A DNA stretch of 64,000 nt from Octopus sinensis (Eukaryota), in NCBI RefSeq assembly GCF_006345805.1, contig NC_043008.1, positions 63,984,001-64,048,000 of the forward strand, written 5' to 3'. A program made the translations under genes and the position numbers. Positions 37,862 to 52,461 of the stretch are shown here, one piece after another; the stretch's first letter is position 1; every line of letters begins with the position of its first letter. The notes under the pieces are model-generated. The model worked only from the letters and a program-made list of their open reading frames with translations, was not told the origin of the DNA and made no database searches.

Positions 37862-38795
37862 ATATGTGTATGTGTGTGTGTCTGTTATATGTATGTATGT
37901 GTGTATATGTTTTGTGTGTATATATGTACGGATATGCAACATTTTCAGCTAAGTTCATTTTGTTAAATTGTAAATGCAATATGACATTCATTCAAATATA
38001 TTTCCTTTACAATTTCTATACACACAAATTTTAGCAATATACTTTCTCTCTTCAAATACACAAATACACACACATAGATCTTCAGTTCAAAGCAATATCA
38101 CTATTTTTATTTTCCTTTAAAGAAATCAGTATTTAACTATATGCATGGCTGCAAGCAAGTGTAGCATTTGAGGTTGGTTCTGAAAATCATAATTTTATAA
38201 ACATTATTGAATGTTTATGTTTGAAAGGATAGTTACTAATTGAAGTTAATGTTTCTCTCTTCCAGTAGCAAGTTTATGCCTTTTTAATTTGTTATCTAAA
38301 CAAATATAAGAATACATAAAAAAAAAATCAAGATAATGTTTTGAAAGTCTCGTAAATATTTTACTTATTTTAAATAGTTCTTCTTGTAATATAATGCTTG
38401 ATGACCAATATTCATTCACATTCAGATACGAAAATATATCTTTTGTGTAACCAATTTATGTTGTGATAGAAATCTGTAAAGAATTTGGAAGAGCATTTGT
38501 TTAACTCTTTCAATAAATACCATTATAAGACATCTAATCCAACATTCTTACAGTTCTGCCACTCTGTAACCCTGGTTTGGTATTTTTTTACCAACACCAA
38601 AAAGAGTAAATGCTTAGTGGGCTTTGATAAGATTTGAAACATAGATACTTACAGCAAATACTAATACTCTAATGACTCTACCAGTCTACTGCCTACAGAT
38701 ATTGCTGAGGATATATCATGATATATCTGTATTGCTCACTGTCTGCATTAAAATTCATAATATAGAAACAGAACAGAAGTTGATAACACTAAGCA

Positions 38796-38993
38796 TTAAC
38801 CATTTAGCATTTAAATTTCTCTGTTAAATGTAATGTTTATTCATTCATATTGTTTTGAATTAATCCTCCACTATCTCATAACTTCAAGATTTTGATGACG
38901 TGGTTATTTATTGTTAAAATGACATTGTAGAGTAGGTGAGAGAGATTGGATCTGGCCGACTGGATATGGTCAGTTTAAACTCTTAAGGGTTAA
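38796..38993. mobile_element. piggyBac-type MITE with TTAA TSD
   Basis: TTAA-CCATTTAG ... CTTAAGGG-TTAA. Confidence 0.75.
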
Positions 38994-41613
38994 GGTGGCA
39001 GATTAACATGTTGGACAAAATACTTTCTGTTCTGTTATATTTTGAGCTCAAACCTTGATGAAACCAATTCTGATTTTCAACATTTTGGGTTCAGTGAAAT
39101 AACTACCAGACAAGTACTGGACTTAAACTAAAACTGGTATCGCCCAGGTTTCTTTAAACAAGAAACTCATCGTTTAATAATGTCTGTCTTCTATGCCAGC
39201 TTGGGTTGGATGTTTTGATAGGATCCAACAAGCTGGGGGACTGCATCAGGCTCCAGTGTCTGCTTTGGCACAGTTTCTATAGCTTTCCTAATGACAACTA
39301 CTTTACATACTACACTCAGTACTTTTCCCCTGATATTTATACTAATGAAGCTGACAAGTAAACTGTTGGACAAAGGGAAAAAGAAGCTCCCTTAGTAGCC
39401 AGCCATTATAAATATACTAGTAGCTGGTCGAAAAGGGACGGTCGGGAAGGTAGAGAGTACATGTAGAATGTTGACAGTCTGTGCTGATATAGTAATTATA
39501 CTGTGATACTGAGTGTATTTATAATGATCCACCTTTTAAGGATAATAACACTGTATGATAGGAACATTCTACCGATGACTTTGGAATATAACAATATCTG
39601 TCAGAGCAACAACCGTTGTCAAAAGACAGATACAACAGTGGCAACAGACCACTTTACAACAATTACAATGGCAAGACACACAACAACAACATACAATTTT
39701 GTCAGTTAAAATGACCTGTGGCAAGTAAAATACAGTAATGAAGATACTGGAAGAGACAGTTCATGATATATCTATTCAGTACAAGAAAGGCTTCTCTGTT
39801 GATTAAATGTGTTAATTAATTATAAACACACAGTAACATTTGACAACACCTTTCATTCATTTTGAGTTGATGTTGAAAATGTTCTCACTACAACAGCCAA
39901 TTTTAGATTAATGAGCTTATTTGAATATATGAGCAATACAAAGAACTAAAACTATTGGGATAAATTACCATTTTTCACTTTCTCTTGAAACAAAGATCCC
40001 TTTAATTGCTGTAAAAGTTAAAAAGTGGAACAAAATAATTAATGACATTTTTGGTACAACATTATTTAAAATTCCTAGTATTGTCATTTGTAAATTAAGA
40101 ATTTGAAATATTTGACATTAATTTTGTTAATAAAATGAAAACTGGGGAATTGGCAAGAGATTAAATACTGAAATTTCTTGGAGATGAATATCATATTTTT
40201 CTTTTCTTTTTTTTTGTGTATGTGTGTGTGTGTGTATGTGTGTGTGTTTTTGCTCACCTTCCTAAAATCTATGTTATTGAAAATCTTAAGCCTACAGAGA
40301 ATAAAGAGAAAATTAATAATTTCAACTTAGAATCGATGGACGGTAAAACAATAGATGAACCATTTATTTAACATAATTTCTTAAACATAAATAATCACCA
40401 AACAGATTTGAAAAATATTTTAGAAAGGAAGTTATTTCTAGAAGTCAGATATCATATACTTATATTCAAATTCTTAATTAACTGACATCGTTTATTTAAG
40501 GTATTCAAGGCAGCTGGATTTAAGTAGGAAATTTATTTCACAATGATAATCAGCCATTATAAAACATTGGTTCTTGAAGCAATTTAGCAACATTTCTAGA
40601 AGGCCAAACACTTCATTCCAAAAAGATGAAGTTACACATGGCAAGTCAACTAGGGAGATTCTACGTAATTACTCAACCTGATAGAGATAGCTACTAAATC
40701 TCCTTGAAATCACACTCTACCATCTTAAGAGAAGAAAAAATTCATTACACAAAGTAGATCCTGGTATAGAAAAAGTAGGGATGGTCATGACTAGAATGCC
40801 TTTAATCATAACTCTGCACAAAGACAACATGGGGATACATGGGACATAATGGCATTGTCAGAGGGATTATTTGGTTACTTGTTATAGAAACAATCTCCTA
40901 ATTTCCTTCATCTCAATCTCTACTGCTTTCAGAAAAGGAAGGCCAAGTCAGAAAAAAAGATGTCTCCAGATGAGGTGGGCAAATCTGGAACACCATTAAC
41001 CATAGATCTCCTAGGATAGGGCTAACATGGGGTATGATGTGAAGCATAGTAGGTGTGAACATCTTGTCATTTGTTATAGAAACAAAAATGATACTAATCC
41101 TAATCCACGATTGGCCATAGGTCTTCTAGGTCAAAGCTAACTGCATGAGTCTCAACAGCACTAACAAATAACATGTGGTATGATATATTCAACTTACTAT
41201 AGAAATAACATGTAGCATGATATATTATCTTGCAATGCAAATGAAACTGTGTATGCCATGTATTAAATAGTTTTAGAAAGTAATCAGAAAATTGATTACA
41301 GTCTAAAATGAATTAGCTGAAGTCATTAAGATAATAATGGTCCTTTTATCAGATTCTAATAGATACAACTAAATGAGTCAATAGAACACAATGCAATAAA
41401 TAACCATTTAAAAGTTATAATGACTTTTACTTTGATGTGTTACAATAAATTGCGTTTGTAACCAAAACCACAATCACGAAGGACATCACCCGAATCGACC
41501 TGACCAATCTCAAAGAGCCTGTTAAGGGCATGAGTGCAACCCCTTCCTAAGAGATGAAATGAATAAAAACGCAAAACTTACCACAAAAACAAATTATAAT
41601 AATGATAATAATA

Positions 41614-41655
<42 letters not shown>

Positions 41656-41678
41656 GGATAATGATGATATTAATGATG

Positions 41679-41724
<46 letters not shown>

Positions 41725-42885
41725 TGATAAAATCGTGGAAATATGAAATGCTGTTAAAAGTACAAGGTAATTGAAGAATGAATAGCAATGAATGAAAACA
41801 TAAAAATGCTAACTAAATCACACAGAGAATATAATTATTACTAATTAATACAGCAATTATTTCTCTTCTATAAAATTTGCTTGTTTCCTTGCTCCGAATG
41901 CAATCTGTTTGCTTGCTTCCCAACTGGTGCTTAGTTTGAATTTGAGTTACGTGACACAATTAAAATTAGTTTTAGCTGACCGAGAGAATATGCTCTATTG
42001 TTACTGTGTTAATCATTGTGACTGTAATTATTGTTATTCGTAATGACTACAGCCCTAAGTTGAACCCTGATTCAGCAAATTTATAGTCAAAATTGCAACA
42101 GTTATAACTGCAAATTCTTCCCCTTTCTTAAGGCATATTTTCCATAGCAGTGAAATCTTATTTTCTACAGAAATTAAGATGGTATTTAAATTGTAATTTG
42201 TGGGAGATTTAGCTGTTATTTCCAGCAGGGCAAGCTACTACATGGGGTATTTTACATTCAATCAGTTGACTTGTATAAATTTTATTGCTAGATATTTGAT
42301 AAATTACTGTGAACTTTCTTCTCTATCCTTACAAGAGAAAGAAAGCAAAATGACTTTCAGTGATGACCAAACTGAACCCGTTTTTTCAATTTTTAATTTT
42401 ATTTTTTGTATATATTTTTATTTATTTATTTATTTATTTATTTTGAAGAAGTCATCATCCTTAAACCCATTCCAATACAATGGTAAAGGACTAGATAAAT
42501 GGATAAATGAATGAATGGTGAATAGGAAGGTAGATACCTCTTCTCTCTCTCTCTTTCCCTCTACCTGTCTGTCTATCTGTCTGACTATCTATCTATCTAT
42601 TTATCTATCTCTCTATCTATCTATCTATCCTCACCCAAAAAACACAAACAATATTCTCTTCTAAACAAAACCCAAAAAAGGCATGTTGTATATAAATGAA
42701 CAAGCTGTTTGTGCACTCACATAATTTTATTTGACAAGTTCTAGAAAAGAACGAATGCGCTAATAATAATGAAGAAATAAAAGGATTTTTTTCTAAAATT
42801 CTGACAACTTTTTTCTCAATATTCAATTTCTGTACATCACACCTAACACTCTATACATATCTCCTAGGATGTACAAGATACTAGA

Positions 42886-43714
42886 ATGAATGGAACACAA
42901 TCAAATTCACAGCTGAGAAACGCCTAAAATACAGAAGAACTTCTCACAGAAATATCTAATAAGTTAGATTTACTTATTTCAAGACTAGATGCAATCTTCA
43001 TGAATACAGATAGAACTGTGAATGATACCCATACAGAAGGTTCTCCAGCAACAGAGACAAACAATAAGAAAGTAATAAGACCAAACTCACTTGAAACCAC
43101 ATCTCTGGGAGTACAACAACATAATACCTTAAAACCACATCTCTGAAAGAAACTCCTGATTCAAAGGAAACATGCATATTTGAAAAGCATTCGATGCAAC
43201 AATATAGCAAACACTTACCAGAATTGGCGAAGTAAAGAAAGCCCAATCCTGCTCAGGAAATTTCTTATTAAAGAAATAAGAAATGAATCAATGGAAGCGA
43301 GAAGGATATGTGCGAATTTAGCTCTATACCGACTGGAAACAGAAATCACTCTTCTACAATCGGGAAAAACAAGACACAAAGAAAAAGCGAAAAATATTGA
43401 TGCAGTTATGTTTGCTGTAATTGCTGAGCAGAGTGACAACCAATGTCTTGAAAACTGCAAAAACTATGGAAAGAAGACACAAACTGGGAAGAAGTAAAAT
43501 GCATAAAAATGTAGGAAAAACAACAAGAGTGGTTCGCTAATTAGGAAAAAACTATGGAGACAAATCCATTATGGAAACGAAACCACAACAACAAAGAAAT
43601 ACGAGAAAATTGAAAACAAACATAGACACTAACCCCAGAGAAACGAAACTGAGGTATCGAACCTCTAACTACTCAAGAATATACGTGGAAACTGAGCAGT
43701 TTCACTCCACTCAG
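42886..43714 (+). pseudogene. Decayed ORF, probably ORF1 of a non-LTR retrotransposon
   Basis: One frame runs from ATG 42886 with two in-frame stops (...KPHL*KKLLIQRKHAYLKSIRCNNIANTYQNW...RKFLIKEI...LALYRLETEITLL...IDAVM), then frameshifts into KLWKEDTNWEE...EWFAN*EKNYG. The family assignment is from recalled resemblance only. Confidence 0.5.
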
Positions 43715-43964
43715 TAATTTCAGCAAACACATTGAAACTGGCTAATTGGGTGTTTCATCAGGGGAGAATTTTCCCAAAAGGGAGTTACATTTCAACATGT
43801 TGGTTGACCTACGACAGACTCCATTTTCTTCCTTTTCTCATATATATATATGTATACACAATTTTAAAATAGGATAAAATCTTCATAAATATTTATCAAG
43901 TAGTCAGCATGAAAAACCTCATACGAGAAAAATCCACCAATTTTTTCACTTAAATATATTTATT

Positions 43965-44156
43965 TATATTATATAGAGGGCACACCACTGCACTGATTAT
44001 GAAATCACAGTGATCTGCAGCTGAATTCTGTTTTTAAGTGACTTGCTTCGAGAGTTGCATTCGATACAATATGTTTATTTATTTTAGTAGTTTTGACTTT
44101 AGGAGTCCCTCTTAGAATGTGGCATTTATGTGTAATAATGCCCTCTATATAATATA
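43965..44156. mobile_element. 192-bp element with perfect 18-bp terminal inverted repeats
   Basis: TATATTATATAGAGGGCA ... TGCCCTCTATATAATATA. Confidence 0.6.
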
Positions 44157-44237
44157 GATATAAATATATATATATATACATACATACATCATCATCATCG
44201 TTTAACGTCCGCTTTCCATGCTAGCATGGGTTATACA

Positions 44238-44273
<36 letters not shown>

Positions 44274-44364
44274 TATAGATATATAGATAGATAGTTATAT
44301 ATATATATATATATATACACAAAAAAATAACCAAAAAATAAGCAACAAGAATGGATCCGGTAAT

Positions 44365-44449
44365 TTAGTACAATTGTTTCATACTATAACAATTTATTAA
44401 AGCTGCAAATATTACAGCAAATATAATATGTCAAGTAATCTTCAGCTAA
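44365..44449 (-). ncRNA. Type I hammerhead motif, long stem II
   Basis: TTAG-CTGAAGA-TTACTTGAC...GTTATAGTAT-GAAAC-AATT-GTA-CTAA. Stem III is palindromic (ACAATTGT). The first pair of stem II is a mismatch. Confidence 0.7.
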
Positions 44450-44450
44450 T

Positions 44451-44720
44451 TTCATATAGGTTTTCCAATAATGTAAAGTTCTCAAATCAATTAGTAACAT
44501 CTTAGAGAGTGTAAATATACCGATAAAGTTGTAGATGTGAGTTTCAGGAACTTGAAGGAAGGTGCCAAGCAAACCAAGATTGTGTTCATATATGCTTTCC
44601 AACAATGTAAAGTTCTCAAATTAATTAGTGACATCCCAGAGAAGGTAAATGTACCGATAAAGTTGTGAATATAAATTTCAGGAAACATGAAGAAAGATGC
44701 CAGTCAGACCAAGATTAAGT
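44451..44720. repeat. Two diverged 135-bp tandem units
   Basis: TTCATATAGGTTTTCCAATAATGTAAAGTTCTCAAA at 44451 and TTCATATATGCTTTCCAACAATGTAAAGTTCTCAAA at 44586. Confidence 0.85.
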
Positions 44721-44734
44721 TCGCATCTAACTCC

Positions 44735-44798
<64 letters not shown>

Positions 44799-46449
44799 AT
44801 ATTATATATATATATATATATACTTACACAGGCGGTGATCCAGCCTGGCTGCAGGTAAGTGACTGAAACATGTAAAAGAATAAAAGAATATTTACATACA
44901 TATACATACATACAGTTCATTTTACATGGCACCAGCACCACCAAAACAAAGACCTCTCAGCTGAAAGAGGCAGTGTGGCCATGGCCATAAAGAACAACCT
45001 GGACGCATAGATAGGCACGATTTTACTTAGCTTGATATTTCTTCTCATGTACAACAAAATCACCAGTGGTCACAGTCCCTTGTTATCTCCCAGTGAGCCC
45101 GAGTGTCTGAAGATCCTTTGTGTGATTGAATAAAATTTTATACAAGAGAACGACAGAATAAGTACTAGGCTTACAAAGAATAAGTTCTGGGGTCACTTTC
45201 TTGGACAAAAGGCAGTGCACCAGCATGGCCACAGTCAAATAACTGAAGCAAGTAAAAGAATATATCAATAAAGGAATATTTTTGTGTGGTAATTGTAGCA
45301 GCATGTTTCATTGTCTGTGGGGCATACTCAGTGATGTTGATTGAATCTAAGTACTTCTGATTTCTAATAAAGAATTTTACCATATTTCTTCTTTATATTG
45401 AGAAATCTTTGGTATATTGTAAAAAACCCCATTGTAAGAATTTGGATAACAGAATAAACAGTAATTCAGTTTTCTTCTCTGAAGCAGATGTATTTCATTT
45501 CAGCTACTTAATTGCAATAACAACTAAAATCCAATTAAATAATTGTATTTAATCTGCTTATTTCATAGAAGAACATTTGTTTAATATCATTAAATTCTGA
45601 TTATATACACATATTGCATAAAATAATTCATCAATTCATTCTTTTTACTTCTGTTTGTCCAAGACTGCACAGGTTACACAAATATACTATTGAATCATTG
45701 CTTTACAGCTGAATGCCTTTCCTGTCACTAACACTTACCTGTTTTTCAGGAAAGGAATATTTTGACAATTTACCAGCAGGAGAAATGATGACAACAGCAC
45801 AGTTCAAATTACACAACCATTGTTGAGTGCAAAATCAAACAAAAAAGACAAGCATCTGAACACACATACATATATAATATCCACATATGTATAATTATAC
45901 ATGTATGTGAGTGTATGTGGGCTATAAGCTTTTCAGTTCCTCTTTACCAAATGCACTTGCAAGGTTTTGGAGGATTCAGAAATATAATAAATGGCCCTTG
46001 CCCAAGGTCCCATGCATTGAGACTGAAACTGAGACCATGAGATTCAAAAATGAACTTCTTAACCACACCACCCAACCACACCTACACTTTTAGGTATACC
46101 TCTGCTTATCTTAATTGGATGGATAAATCTCACATCAGCAAGTAATGGTGCATGATCTATAAGAATCAAATAGTTATCATCAAAGGGTGATATGTGAAAT
46201 ATTAGTCCAGTCCTTTATGTATCTTACGTTATGGCCTTGCAGTTAGCCAATGGTCAATATTCTTAATTTCAAAGTAATGCTCTGACTAATAAATATTGCA
46301 GCTACCCATATAATGATACTGAATACAAATGACTAAAATCTGGCAACTTTAGGGTATGGTGCTTAGGCAAGTGTCTTTTAATATAGCTTTGAGCTGACCA
46401 AATCCTTGTGAGTGGATTTCATAGACCGAAGTTGAAAGAATCCAATCAT

Positions 46450-46498
<49 letters not shown>

Positions 46499-46532
46499 AG
46501 GTTTGAAAATATAATTTTAAAGATGTTTATTG

Positions 46533-46574
46533 ATTTGACCAGTTTCACTTTATTGGGAAAAGATTGTCAAAAGT
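46533..46574 (-). ncRNA. Minimal hammerhead motif (U3-A8 variant), decayed, in a module (46500-46700) homologous to 54500-54700
   Basis: ACTT-TTGACAA-TCTTTT-CCCAA-TAAAGT-GAAAC-TG-GTC-AAAT. Confidence 0.55.
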
Positions 46575-48022
46575 AAAATGTAAAGTTTTGTATAAGCTTT
46601 GTTGTGTTAAGTACTGGTTATCACAAAAGTATTAAAATACAGTTATACATTCTTTGATAATGATAAGAAAATGTTAAAAACAGTTTACAAGAAAGTATTC
46701 AAGAAAGTAATCAGAACTGGACTACAGTAAGCATTATGAGTTCAATATGTATATCTGTAATATATTACAGATAAATTCCTCTATTTACATAATATCAAGG
46801 TCTCATTCATTCTTTTGTTGTCTTACCATTACTGTTAATATATATATATATATGATTGAAGAAGAATAGTGGAGAGTTGGTAAGGATATAAAATTAATTT
46901 ATCAACATACTGCCAAATAAAGCTTATGAACGTTTCAACGATTCAATTCAGTCGAATGTGTAATTGCAAATTCAAAGATTGGAATAACCCCAAAGATTAG
47001 AATGAAAAAGTATTTTGAATAATATTGGGTAGAATCTCACCAGGGCTAGAGTACAATAGAAGGAGATACATGTTGATGGATTGGATTTTATCAATAGACT
47101 AAGAAAATTAAGAAATATATTTTTTCATTGCATATATATGCTAATACTTTTAAAAAATAATATTAAAAAACAAAAATATAGTACAATGGGTAAAAAATAA
47201 AAATATAAACTAAATAATAATAAACAATATAAATTAAAATGAAATGTAAAAATAAAACCGTTATCTATGTAAATTTCTATTGGTTTACATAATCAATGCA
47301 TATTACTCTCTATGTATTTATCATTATAAAATCTTATCGAATTAGATTTGTTTATGTATGTGTGTATGAAGTTTAATTTGAAGAGGACAGCCATTAAAAT
47401 TATGTATTATTTATATATATGTACATATAATTCTATTAACGTGTAGAGTATGCAATTGCATTTTTTTATATACATCTGTTATATGTATATGTGCGCATGA
47501 GTATAAAAATATTATTAGATATATGACATGTCTTTAATATTTTTTTTAATTAAGCAAAAATAATAATAAATAGTTTTAATAGTTTTATGATATTAATTAA
47601 AATTAATCAAGATTATTAAAATTAGGAGTTTTATTGTTACTTGTAGATTTATGATGCCAAGAGGGAAAAATTGCATATTATGTGGTTGCCTAATATAGAT
47701 TGGCTGTATATTTTAATTATTTCAATTTCAGTTATACAAAGATTGTTGATTAAATGATTCTAATTAATAGTAAATTGTATATTATTACTGTATGATGTAA
47801 TGCTATTTATAAAATAATTATACATATATAGATATAATTACATAATATTACATTATAGATGAGTATTTAATATATATGGTCTCTCTGTATTAAGAGGATA
47901 GATACTTAGGAGTGTGTATACAAATAATTTATCATTTTCATATGTATATATATATATATATATACATACCTAAAAACGTGTAGTATATACATATGTTTGT
48001 TTGCATATATCTATTATATGTA

Positions 48023-49480
48023 CTAGCAAGAAGATCGCCCTCCAAGCGGTTTTCTGCTGGCCACTTGATAATATTTTCACATTTCTAATAATTTTAATGA
48101 TATTTTACGCCTAATTATTTCTTTGTATAATAATGCTCACTTGCTTAGTAAATATTGCTCACATTATTTTATCACAGTCATAATCTCTCATATTTAAACA
48201 AACATCAAGGTAGTCCAACTACAGACAGGAAAGTGGTTTGTCAAGTTTTACCTTCCCCTCAAAGCAACATACAAATTCAAGTTTAGCAGCCTATCTCTAA
48301 GCTTTGTAGTGTGTGTGTGAGCAAGAGAGGGGGAGAGAGAACATTGCAAACAATGAATGAAATAAACATGAAATGTAAAAATCATACAAATAAAAGGGCA
48401 TAACTACAGATGTATACACCCACGACTTTGTTGCTTTATAACAACTAGAAAAATGAATACTTTTTAGCGAAATTTTTTACATTTACCACTTAGATGTTAT
48501 GGCTTCATAGTATATTGGAATTTATGGAATCCCAATTCAATATCTTTGTATGAAAAATGTTTTGAAAATTTTTTTCTTACAACCCCACTCCCTCATCATC
48601 CCACTCTGAACCTATTTTGGCCAATTTTTGTTGCGCTTCAAGGCAATGGGGGGGGGGGCGCCTCCGTGGTATAAAAAAATTGTTAATACTTTTAGAGGGA
48701 AAAGTGAGTGATTTAAGGGAGATTTGGCTGTTGTTTCTAACACAGCCCAAGACAACCCTCCATGTTTATTTATCACTCTCACATGTATTGATGTTGTTTG
48801 ATATCTTTCTTCCCTTTAATAATTTTATATGCTAAAGAAAAGAAAATTTGAGAAATTATGAATTTTTTGCAACCCCACTCCCTGCCCCCAATTGTTTCTG
48901 TTTATAAATTAAAATATTGTAGAGCCTGAGAAGGTCATTGCTGGCAGTTATCCACAGTGATTGAAAGAAAGAGTTGCATAAACAATAATTCATTTTAATA
49001 GTATACTTTTCTGTCAGAAAATGCTTTTTCTTACACACGCATACATGGTTTCGCTTGACTGAGGTGGGAGTAGAAATTTAGATTACAATTTTTTTTGTTG
49101 CTTATATTCCACCAAATGACCACATGTGTATTACTTTAGCATCATTATTCTGTAAAATGTGTTTAATGGGAGAGAAAATATTGAAAACTCAGCAAGATAT
49201 GTGAGAGTGAAAATTGAGGGTGGTTTAGGTTGTGCTAGAAACAACAGCCAAACCTCCCTTGAATTGTTCGCCTTTCCTCTGAAAATATTTACAATTATTT
49301 TTTTGTTTTTTACCAAAATGGCTCCTCCAATGGTTTTTAATTCTAAAAAAATGGCCAAAATTGGTCTGGATGGTTATTATTGTAAGGCTTATAGTGTTCC
49401 AAACAACCATAACAACAAAATCACTTCTTAATTTTTTTACAAGAATTATATTGGTATGTTTCAAAAATGCCAAACCGCCC
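48023..49480 (-). mobile_element. Probable non-autonomous Helitron-like element (3' end only) with internal inverted repeats
   Basis: The minus-strand end is CCGCTTGGAGGGCGATCTTCTTG-CTAG|T. About 210-bp diverged inverted arms lie at 48620-48830 and 49150-49360. The 5' end was not found. Confidence 0.4.
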
Positions 49481-52461
49481 TCGAATTGTGCCCCAGCATG
49501 GCCACAGTCTCATGACTGAAGCAAGTAAAAGATAAAAAAAGAAACGTTTGATTTTATTTATCATTTTTATGCCATCCCTACTCTTCCTACCCATCCCTAT
49601 TTTGATGAGTGGTGGTCATGTATCCCTTTTATAGCAAGACACCTATGCTTCCTCTACCATACCTAGCTTTGCCTTAATTCCACCTTCCCATCTTGAATAC
49701 TCCCCATCACTTATTAGCTGGAGCTTTTTTTCCTTTTTCCTTTGTCTTATTGCAGGGTAGCAGGAAGAGAAGCACCCAATAAAATACTCACTTGTAAAGT
49801 GGATGAGTTTAAGAAAGAGCATCCAGCAACAGAGAACATACCAAAGCTGACAGTGGAGGTCAGCAGAGCCCTGCAGTTTATTGTATACTGTAAAACAATT
49901 CGAACCCATGCCAGCATGAAAATAGGCATTAAATAATGATGATGATGATGATGATGACAACGATGACGATGATGATGACAACGATGCCGATGATGATGAC
50001 AACGATGACGATGATGATGAAAATGGTGATAGTGATTTAATTAATTTCAATGTCTGTATAAAACTGTTAAACCATGACAGATCGAGGTTGGTATATAATG
50101 ACCCGGCTACAAATAAACAAACAAAAAAAAAACATAAAGGGAGCAAAAAAAATAATAAAATGCAAAAACTTGAGGAAAAAGAGGAAAAAGAAAGGAGAAA
50201 GGCACACAGAACAAGATGATTTTAATGTTTCTTTTGTTAAATTAATTTTTTATCTCCAATGAATTAGAAAAACTTATTTGTAATCGGCAGAACCTTGAAA
50301 TTTAATTGTACCTTTAACTTTGGTAGCCATTTTAAAGCTCGTTTTTGAAATCTCCTCCTCCTCCACTCTATCTCTCTCTCTCTCTATCTCTATCTGTATC
50401 TCTCTCTCAGACTGGCATCTTTTGTACTGGAGCAAAGAATGCCATAAGGGTTCTGAATATTCTCCACAAGAGTATAAAGATGATTCCATATGACCTGTTC
50501 AAGAAAGAATTTATCTGAAAAGAAAATGGCAAGCTCAAAGCTAACGAATCCTTTCTTTATTATCTTCTTTCTTCAATGTCTGATGTTTTGTACATAAATA
50601 GATGTGGTTGAGATAATGGAGGATTAAAGATTACTAGTTTATCTCTTGTTCCTTTCCAATATTTTTTTCACTCTTAATTATGCTTTTACTGAATGTTTGA
50701 CTTCAGAAAAGATTAAGAATGTAATCTTTATTATTGCTCTTTTGTGTTCCATCTTTTGCTAATCCACTTACTTTCTTATTTCCCTAAATACATGTGTACC
50801 TAGATATCTAAGTAATTTTTCTTGTTTATTATTTTCTGCTAGAAATTACCTAATTATTTTTTTCAAAGAAAATATAAAAAATAAGCTAATGACAAAAATT
50901 CCACGAGGTTGTTTGACCTAATTAATAATCAAATCTGAAATAACACTCTCTTTCATCAACAAAGACAGCTGTCCAAGAATTTTAACCTGGAGATCTCCAT
51001 TTCCAGCGACTTTGAGGGCCACCTCCCAGTGGTGTCAGGCATCAACGAAGAGCCCTTGACTACAACAAGACGACCAAAGATTTTTTTCAAGGTCTGGGGT
51101 TTCTTAAGCCCTAGACCATCACCTAATCACCCTTACCTGTCTTGTTGCTTAACAACAACAACAACAAATCAACAAAGACAGAATGGTGATCGCTGGAATC
51201 CCTTTCATAATAGGCCAACAGGATTAGAACTAACTTGGGACTGAAGAGCAATTAAGAAAAGTTCTTTACGTAATGTAGTCCTAGATACACCATGCCTGAA
51301 TAAAAGACTGGTTTATCATGTTGGAGCACCTTCGATCATAGCTCTACTGTATCAGGATCGATCTGGAGCTTAACAACAATAATGAAGAAGGAGACACATT
51401 ATACTGTCGTCCTAGGTACTCAATACCTAAATAAAAGACAAGATGGTCATTGGCTGAATGTGTCTGATTTATAGGTCAGCACAATCAGGACTGACTTATG
51501 GCTAAATAACAACAACAATGATGATACTGATAATGATGCTGCTGCTGCTGATGATGATGATGATGAGGAGGAATAGGAGGGAGAGGAGGAGGAATAGGAG
51601 GGGAGGAGGAGGAATAGGAGGAAGACGATGATGACGTTGATGATGATGACATCGATGATGATGATGATGTAGATGATGATGAGGAGGAGGACAATAATGA
51701 TGACGCCGTTGATGATGATGACGATGATGATGATGATAATGATGATGGTGATGATGATGACAACGACCATGATAACAACGACCATGAAGACAATGATACC
51801 AATGATGATAAGGACAATAGCAACAAGCCCCTTTAGGAAGTTCCTTGGATTACTAAACAAATATCCCCAGCTTTCAACCAGAAACTTATATACACTTTCC
51901 CTATTATTGTGACATACAAGATTCGTTTGCTCAATTAGATGTTGCTTTTATATTTTGAACAAGCTTTCCAAGAAGCATTTTACTTATTCCTATACAGAAC
52001 ACAATTGACAATTCTCACATGAGAAGAACCTGACTTGAAGTAGTTTCTCAGTTTTCTGACTACTTCAATGTTTGGTTCTTTGAAATACTTATCATTAGCA
52101 GACAAGAACAGACGGTATAGAAACACATACATAATCAGATTTTGATGGCATTAAACAAATTGTAAGGATATTAAATCAGATAAGATATCAATATAATGTA
52201 AACTACCAACTTATTTATACTTTACTTCAAAATTATATTATCTCAGTGAGCTATCTAGTGTCATATACATTAAGAGAATATATAATACTCATAAAATGTA
52301 TATTCTCAGAATTTGTTGTTTCTAGAGCAGAACATAAACCTTCTCCACAAACAGTCAGTGCAAAGCTTTTTGTCTTCCTTTTAATAGTTGATAAGTTTGT
52401 TTCAATTTTGGTATAATCAATTTATTTAATGGCACCATAGCCTGTAATTCTAGTTTTCAGA

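Noticed and set aside
39414-39450. TACTAGTAGC as a Helitron 3' end
   Set aside because: No convincing subterminal hairpin or 5' TC end.
40933-40974. Possible 42-nt exon KRKAKSEKKMSPDE
   Set aside because: It lies in a repeat-derived region and has a weak donor.
46925-47050. Minus-strand CTGGTGA...GAAACGTTC hammerhead-like pattern
   Set aside because: No stem I and extra bases before GAAA.
51237-51275. GGGA-CTGAAGA-G motif
   Set aside because: Stems II and III cannot be formed.
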